64,000 nucleotides of DNA from an uncultured Planctomycetia bacterium (GTDB taxonomy: Bacteria; Omnitrophota; Gorgyraeia; Gorgyraeales; Gorgyraeaceae), in assembly GCA_964566255.1 (NCBI GenBank), contig CAZMID010000001.1, forward strand, positions 10,799 to 74,798. Reading direction: 5' to 3'. The first letter of the stretch is position 1, and each line of letters starts with the position of its first letter. The notes below the pieces were generated by a model, which was not told the origin of the DNA, made no database searches, and saw nothing but the letters and a program-made list of their open reading frames with translations. Made by a program: the position numbers and the translations under genes. Below, one piece after another: positions 10,101 through 19,100 of the stretch.

Positions 10101-13100
10101 AACTATAATAGTACCTATTCTAGGGTCCTTTATAGATTCTATATATTGATTGCTCGGGCGAGGTAATAATTTAAAATTGTCCTTACTCACAGATACATCA
10201 ACATCTGCTATTTTTGAATCATGGCGCAGGACATCAATAAAACGCTGCCCATATACACGTGCGGGCAAAGCATCTTTTCTTTCTCTTACTATGAATTCTT
10301 CTACAGCATCTTTACCAAAAATCTCAACTAACCGCTTTTCCTCTTCCTTAGTTACTTCAGGATAATCTGCCCAAAGAATAGCTTCATTATAAGTAGGATA
10401 AAAAATTTGAGGGATGCCCACCTTTTCTATATCAAGTCCCCATACCATAGCCAATATATCATTGGCTAATGTCGCTTTTTCCTCATCTACTCCATTTACT
10501 CCTTTATCTCCGCATCTCCTATATGCCCTAAGTTTAAAATATACAGCAAGGTTATTGAGATTTCTTATGCTGTTGCCCTTTAAGGTAAAAGTAGTATAAA
10601 GGTTTTTATTCTTGGGTGAAAGGAATTCATTGTCAATTATCCTGGCTATATTTAACTGGTCCGACAAGAACGAAATAACACCTGGTGTATTAAAAAACTG
10701 CTCCTCCAACGGTCTATTTTTATCTTCAGCCAATAACAGTTTAATTTTTTCTAATAAAACTTCCTCTAAAGAATCCGACTCTTTATCTGGTCTGTAGTCA
10801 AGTAAATCTGCAAAGGTTGATTTCCGCATAACATCTGCCAGTACACCCGGACCATCTCCTTCAGTAGATACGCTTCCGAAAATAGGTCTTATAGATTCTA
10901 TAATTTTTCCTGTACTGCCTCCGTCATCAGTGGAAGGAGAGCCCACCTTAATATTTAAACCTAGTAGCTGGCATGCCCTAAGAGTTACCTCTTTCATGCC
11001 TCCTCCGCCTCCAATTACCAGAACCTGTGGAGGAATCTCTTTTCTAATCTCTATGGCTTCTTTTTCTTTATGCGACAGGACCCTATTATCCAAGACTCCC
11101 AAAATTACCCTAGCCACAGTATCTCCAGTAGAAAATGCCTCTTTTAGTATTTCACCGTCAAGGATTTCTTTAACTTGAGCTTTACTCTTATTAGAATACC
11201 TAAGCTTATATATATCAAGGAGTGTTTTATAATTATCACTTGTTTCGATTTCACGAATAGAAATAGGACGTCTTATTTCTGCATACCCTTTAAGCTCAGA
11301 GTGTAAAAAATAATTGTTTAGGTATTTTTCTATAACAAAATTTCTTCGCTGAGGAGTACACTTCAAGAGAGTACCTAAGAATCTAAAGTAACAGCCTGAC
11401 TTAAATGCTGGCCTTTGAGTCTCAAAGTAATCACTGATTACTTCTTGGGTGGTTTTAGTTCCTATAATCTGCTCGCTAACCAATTTATGGAACTCAATGT
11501 CTCTATGAATCAGTTTTCTCTCTTCAGCTCTTTCTTTTTCAACTAAGTCCAGCTCGTTATCATGGCCTAATTCATGAAAATATCTCTCTGCAAGAATTGT
11601 TACAACAGCCTCAAAATGAGATTCATAATCTTTAAGAAGTGTATCTATATAGGATTGGGAAAAGATTAATTCTACTTCTCCAGTACTAGCGTTAAAGTAA
11701 CGAACGGCGGTTAGGGGGAGCATGGATGATACCTTTACTCTTATTGCCGGGTCGTTGTTATCAGGCTTTGATAATACACTTGCAAAATATTCTTTTAACC
11801 CAGGGTCGTCCTCTATTATAGACTCTATAATTCCAAAAGATGCGTTTGAAAGTTCTGCTAATATTGATGCCTGCATATAATCATCCGCTGCTTTGAATCT
11901 CTGAGGTTCAGGCCTAGATAAATCCAATGTTAATTCATATTCTTCTTTGAAGGAACCTTCTAGTGCAGAATAAAAGATTATATTTCCATCACTAGCAAAC
12001 GTCTTTAGCAATCCACTAGCAGTATGTCTCCTCTCAACCTCTTCATAATCCAAAGACTCCTTTAAATCCTTATATGAAAACCCTTCAAACTGCTTAACAT
12101 CCCAGGTTTTCTTAGGGTCGACTTCGATATCTACCTCTACTTCTATGTTTCTTTTTGTTCCTTGGGTATCTACAGGAATATCGGTAATTACTTTGTCGGC
12201 ACGAGCTATTACTTTATCATCTGGCCTATAGAGCGCAACTGCCAAGCTTCCTGAATGTGCATCTATCTCATCTACGACACTGTTCACTATAACAGCGCCT
12301 TTTCTAACGATACCTTTATTTATACGTGTATTACCTAAAATAACAGCGCCTTTTTCTACAACTACGTCTTTACCTAATACAGCTTTATTGTCTATAATTG
12401 AGGAGGGCTGCATAAAAGAATATCCTGTAACCTGCCTCAATATGTCATCACTAAGAAGATTAGTGCATCCTAAGTAATAACGCTGGTTGGTTCCTAAGTC
12501 TGTTATATAGGTCTCTTTTCCTGTATATACGAATCCAAAATCTACTCCGGCAGCAGCTAATTCTCCTGCACGCTTGCCAACATCCTGATTTAAATCCTGA
12601 GCCTTTAAGTTGATATCTGGTCCATTGGGAATGCCTTTTGGATCAACAAATCTCTCAATAGCTTCCTGGTCAAGATGGTATACAGTAAGGTTATTGACAG
12701 GATGGTATACTGTATCAGAATATCTTTTTAAGTAATCTATCTCCTGGGGTGACTTTCTCTTATACATCGCTACAAATCTGCCGTTACTATCTACTTCTAT
12801 CTTGCCAAAATAATCGAATTCTGGATGGCCTAGTTCAACCCCGCCTCCTAATAACTGAACCCCATGTTCACCTAACCCTTTAACAGGCTCGGTTATACTG
12901 AATATCCTGTCTGTAGGCATACTTATTATACCTGTATCATTCTCTCCTAAAAGCTGCATACTCTGACGTATGGCCTGAAAGATATTAGGTTCGCCGTTTA
13001 TTGAACTCATAAACCCTTTATTGCCATAGCCATCTGAAGCAGTAAGAGGATATGTCCTCTTGCCGTCTCCTCCTGTCAAGACTGTAACTACACGCTCTTT

Positions 13101-16100
13101 ATCAAAATTTACCCCGCCCTTGTATAGTTTATCTAAGCCTCGTAAAAACGCCGAGAGGTTTCCATCAATATCATCATCCTGGACATAGATTATGACAGGG
13201 ACTGTTCCTTCTTCTCGTCTTTTCCTCATTGCATCCTGAATAACCGAATCATCAGTATCCTTATTTACTACCAGGATAACACTATTTTGAGGGATAACTT
13301 TCCCCCTTGCGCCTTCCAGAGACTGTTTAATTTGTTCTAGTCCGTCTGATTTTAATAAAAGAATAATGGCATCATGATACACTCTTGAATCAGCCAGCCC
13401 TTTTTCTAGGCGTGCCCTCTGTATGTGTATTCCATACTCTGGTGAATCGCTAAATCTGCGAGCTATCTCTTCTTCAGATAAAGGAGCGCCCTGCGTAGAA
13501 TAAAGTCCGTCTGCCACCTGCAGACCCATATATGCTGCACCTACTGTCTGTCCGAACCTTGCGGCAAATTCACTGTTAAATTCCTTGCTTATACCCTTTC
13601 CTACCTGTCTTACATAATCATCTTCTGAGGCGAGCAGTATATTTACTGTCTCTCTATCTCCTATTTCTTTGGTTAAATATTTCCTTGCTGATTCAGTTAT
13701 TAATCTACCAGCCATACCGCTGGTACACGCCCCGAACAATACAACATGTTCTATTTTAAGGTCTTTTAAGCTAGTTGCTACGGCTACTGCGAGATAAGAG
13801 CCAATGGTCTTAAAGATTTTTTCTGCTTCTTGCCTTTCAGGGTTTGTTTTAGGAAGCTCTAATTTACTCTGTACATACTTTAACTTAGGCCTGTTTCCGA
13901 TTGCCTTTTTAAACTCTTCTAGTTTACTCCCGGTTAAACTGGCCTTGACATGAGAGACAATATCATCTTTATTATCAAGATTAATTTTTTCTTTGGCAGC
14001 GAATCTTCGGGCTACAATCTCTTCAAACCCTTTATCAAAATCAGGCCATACCTTGCGGGCAAGATGTAAAACGCCTCTTTGTGAAGTATACTGCTGAAGA
14101 GCGCCTCTTATCCTCAACCCCTCATGATATCCAGCTTCACTGGACAAATCTATACTACATTTACCCATCTCACCAAGATAGTCATTCAATTGACCTTTAT
14201 TATCTACATATCCTGCGGCCAATCCAGTGCCTAAGCTTAAGGCCAATACATTATTTAGCCCTAATGTACCGGCTAAAGACAATGCTGCTGCATCTCCATC
14301 ATTTAATACTCCTACAGGCACTCCTCCCAATGATTCGCTTATGCGCCTTCCCATAGGAGCCACCTTTGTCCAAAATTCTTCAGAACCTATTCCTCTATAT
14401 GCCCTGGTACCTTCCTGAGTAATCCTTCCATTGACAACAGCCCCTGCTGTACTAAGGCCTATGCCATCAAGTTTAACCTCTGAAATACCAGCAGTATATA
14501 CTCCTTCTATAAAGCTTTCTATTTCCTCAAGAGGGGTATTGGCATTATGCGCCAATTCTTTGAGTTTTCCTTTCAATTCACGTTTTGATCTAGAGCTAGT
14601 TTTTTCAACCTCTATGGCGGCCTTGGCTAAGCGTACCATGGTGACAAAATAACTTAAATGTTCATCTGAATTCTTGAATTTATACGACTCCCAGTTTATT
14701 TCCTTGGCAAAGATACAGCGGCCTTCTATAAATGAAGCTACCTTTACATCGCTTGCGCCTACATCCATTCCTACAATCATACCTCTATGATAATCTTGGG
14801 CAGGGGCTGATTCTTGCTGACTTAACTCGATATCTTCTGAATCAATCTTATCTGCAGACTCTATCTTAAACTTAGTCTCATATATACAGCTAAAATAAGA
14901 AGGGATACGGCTGTAGAGACCTTTTGTAAATAAACGTTCTATTCTCTGGTATAGTTCCTTAGGAGCCTTTATCTTTATGCCTTCAGCGCCAATACGTGAT
15001 AGGGTACTTGCGATCTCGAGGCATAAATAATCAGCCAATTCATCCAATTGGGTATCATCCATTCTTGTAATCGCAGGAATAGCAATTGACCTTCTGTGGT
15101 AGACAGCACCCTTGCTTGTAAGGCCTATTTCCACAGAGTTCTCTGCAGATAATTCCTCATATTGACGTTCCCTTTCAGTGATGGGTGCAAAGGATATACC
15201 TTCATTACTTGCTAATACGTCTGATTCTTTTCTAGTTAAATAATGTTCAACCTTGCCAAAGAAGCGTTCCACATCCTGTTCTGCATCTTTGACAGTTGAA
15301 TCAAATGTAATAAGCATTGTCTTACGGCCTCTATCTACTGTAGCACCTATTGCAGCTATCAGCTGCGCCCTTATTAAATTATCGCTAAATTCTAATGCGT
15401 CGGGTTGCTCCATAACATCGGGCATAAATAATGTATCAACCCACATGTCTTTACCATATTGCTTGTTCTGTTCAGTAGAATGAAGCTTATCAGGTGCTGG
15501 TGAAATTTTAGAAGCTATCTTAAGGCCATTTGTAAATATTTCAGTTTTTGCTGCTTGCAAGATACCTTCCATATCTTCTGTCATTCTTCCATAAAACCCG
15601 AATTCCTTTGCCTCAAAATCAGGTTTTGACTCTAATATTTTTATAATCGCTGCTGCATATACTGCAGGCGCATCATTCATATCTGAACCTAATTTTCTAA
15701 CTCCAGTCTCGAGGTCATCCTGAGTAAGAATACCAGCTGCAATCAACCTGTCATAATATAAATTGAGCTTACCAAATGAAACACTCTTCCAGTCTTCTGG
15801 AATCTCTACTTTCTGATCTGACCCTAAGTCATCCATTATCTTAGTTAGAATCTTTTTATAATCCTGTACTCCTTCTTGATCAACAGCGCAAATATCCCAT
15901 AGATAAGCCACTGTTATTACAGATCTCTGAAAGCCAAGCATTATACCTCCCAGAGAATCTATATCATCAACATCTATTTCAAATACAGGGTATCTATTTT
16001 TCTTCAAATGGCTCCAGAATTCATCATTGGTCTTTTTGTCTCCTACATTTATCCTCAAAAACACCCTGTCACTATCTTCAACATCCTTAAGGGACGCGAT

Positions 16101-19100
16101 AGAAAGATCCTCATCATAAAATAGGCTGATGCCTTTTCCTTCCTTTCCTAAAGATTCTTCAATGAGCTGCTCTGCCCACACAGGCAGATTTTGAAGTTCC
16201 TTTGGCACCATTAGAGTCAACTTATCCTTACCTAATTCAGCTGCCATATAGTAAAGATAGGCACCCAAGATTATAAAGGTATCCTCGTTTATATCTTTAA
16301 TATCATTCATCTTCAGCGCTACCTCAAGTATTTTTTCTACTTTTTCAGGCGCCGAAATCGCCAATACAAGGAGAAATACCAATGTCTGAGGGCTAGTAAA
16401 CCTGCCCCCTATATCTCCTTCTCCATTAAGCTGTATCTCTCGCTGTTCATAACCATGTTCATCCATTGGAGAACCTTTATCAGTTATAACCCACATATGA
16501 TCTTCGGGTTCAATATTAAATTTCTTAAATAAGTCAAATAACTCTTCAAAATATCCTTTCTGATCTACGGTTTCCCTAGTAGTTCCTGATTTACTGATAG
16601 GAATGACAAGGGTTTCTAATAATGCCTTTTCTAAAGAACCAGCATCTTCTGCTATTACATCAAACATATACTTTATTTCTTCAGGGGTTGTTGTTCTAAA
16701 ACTAAATATCTTATAGCCTCCTGGCTCTCCAAATGTTATTTTAACGACCTGAACACTTAAACCAGATCCGCCCATTCCACAGAATATAATATATTTAAAC
16801 TTACTTCTTATCTCTTCAGCATCGTCAAGCACACTCTGTATCTTTTCAGGATTTTTAAGTAGCCATTTCAGATTCTTAACGGTCCAACCTGCGCGGTTCT
16901 TTGGGGGTTCTTCAGGGTTACTTGCATCAAAAATCGCCTTAAGCATTTTCGAAGAAACCAAATCCTCTGCTTCCTCAAAAGATGTTCCATAGACTGCATG
17001 CATCTGGCCGCGTATATCTTCCTGACCTAATTGCAGCAAAATATCATCTAATCTGGTATCCTCCATAATTCCAGTATCTAAGGTATGATTACTTGCTAAC
17101 ACATCTGATTTCTTAGCTTTTGCAATTGTAAAAGTTGCCTCAGCTGCTGGAGATGGTTCATATGATAGATCCATTAATGCCTTTTTCATTGCAGGACCAC
17201 TCAGAGTAGGATCAATTTTCTCTCCAGATGCTACACCTATAAAATCACCTATATCTGTAACTATGGTTTCTTTGGTTTGAGTATGAACTATTATTATGCT
17301 CTCTGGCTGGACCATTACATTAATATCACCTGTAAGCGTCTCTCGGAATTGAGGCGTAAACATCTTCTGCAGTTTTGCTGCTAATTTTTTACTTTCTATA
17401 CCTTTATCCCTAAGAACAGCTACCCCAACAGAAACTACTGCCATGAGAATTCTTTGAGTCTTTAATTCTTTACCGCCTTCTATATTAGGAACAACCTTGT
17501 TATTAAAATCATCCACAAAATCTGGTTTTACAAATGTAGCTATGATAGGGCACCTTAAAGTATCGTTTAAACCCTTAAGAAGTTCTTCTATGGGTTTACG
17601 TTTTCCTGAGAGTAGAAAATGATAATTCTCTTCATCTATATCAGTAGATGAATAAGGGGATACCACTACATAGGAATAGCCTTTTTCTCTTAGAAGCTTT
17701 GTGATACCTTTTGTGTGGAATCCTCCTGCAACAAGACTAGCTACCTTAGCATCGCGCTTTTCTATCTCAGAAACAGAATTTCTTACCATTGCAACGTCAC
17801 GCTGTCTTACAGTCTTATAGAAGTCCTCAAGCCCCTGAAGATGAAAATCTATGAGATTTGGATTATAGTCTATAAAGGCGGAGATATCATGTTTTTTAAG
17901 GGCTGGCTTTAGAAAGGATTTAAAAAAACCTACTTTGTGAGACTCTCTATTAGCTAAGTAATAATCAAGTTCTTCATTTGATACCTTTAAATTAAAAAAC
18001 CCTTCCAAGAATTTGATGTTCCGGAGGGCTTTAATGAATGTCTTTTGTTCGTCAGTCTTTGCAAGTCGCATCTTCACTTCATAGGTAAGATCTTCCATTT
18101 CAGTGAAGAGCTTCGTAGAATCTAAAGAGTTTACCTTTGTGAGATAGCTTAAGAAGTCATTAAGATTAGGGTATTTTGAGATCTTATCCGGGATATGTTT
18201 TAAGGCTAGATCTTTTAAATAGCTATAAAATGAAAAAGGGGATATCTTCTGTTCCCTAAAAAGCTTGGCCTTTACCATCAATGCATCTTTATCTTTGCGC
18301 AATTTTCTGCCTGAAAGCTTTGCCTGCAGATTTAAAAGTAGATTCTGAGATTCCTGCATTACCTTTACTTGATTAATCTTTTGTTCCTGCTCTGTAGCCT
18401 CAGTTAAAAGTGAGATGTTTCTATACTTATCTGTGGAGATGTCGAATTTTCTTACATAGGAAGTAAGATGTTTTAAAAATGCGTCTGTTTCTATTTTTTC
18501 ATTCTCATAATCAACTTCTTTTTGGTCTAAATTTAGAAGCTCTTTTGAATAAATCTTAGATTTAAGCTGATCTAATGCCTTCTGAGCCTGAGAGATAAAG
18601 ACCTGGGATTTGGGGGAGAATTTCATAATGCGGTTAAATTCTATGATGTTCTTAAAATAGATATCTCTATCTTCTATCCCCCAGATAGGTAGGTCTGGGT
18701 ATTTTGTAATAGAGAGGTATTCTTCTCCTGTTAGTTCACCTGAATTTATAAATAGACGTGCTGTCTTTTCCCTTATCTCATAATCTGGAAAGCTTGACAC
18801 GCTGGATGTATCTACTTCTCCATCTGCTCCTTCTGAGCAGACTAAGCCCATATTGTAATCTTTTAAAAGAATCTCTAAGATACTCGCAAGATTAAGTTCT
18901 GCCTCTGGGTTTGTGTGTAAATCCTGTATGTGGACTATAAGGCGTGAATCTTTTGAAGGAGATTCATATACTTCTGTGACCCTTCCTAATTCTGACGGTA
19001 TATGTATCTGAGAGAGGTCTTTTAAATGGGATGAGAGGACGACTTTTGCTTCTTTTCTATGCTTTTCTGCCTTCTTAGTATCTTCTCCTTCAAAGATAGA

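Noticed and set aside
15534-16916. Reading the SIS-like module as the isomerase domain of GlmS rather than PGI.
   Set aside because: The DIGGRFTS motif matches the PGI signature (xGGRF[ST]) better than GlmS SIS motifs, and no glutaminase (Ntn Cys1) domain precedes it. The call remains uncertain, and either assignment is still amino-sugar or hexose-phosphate chemistry.
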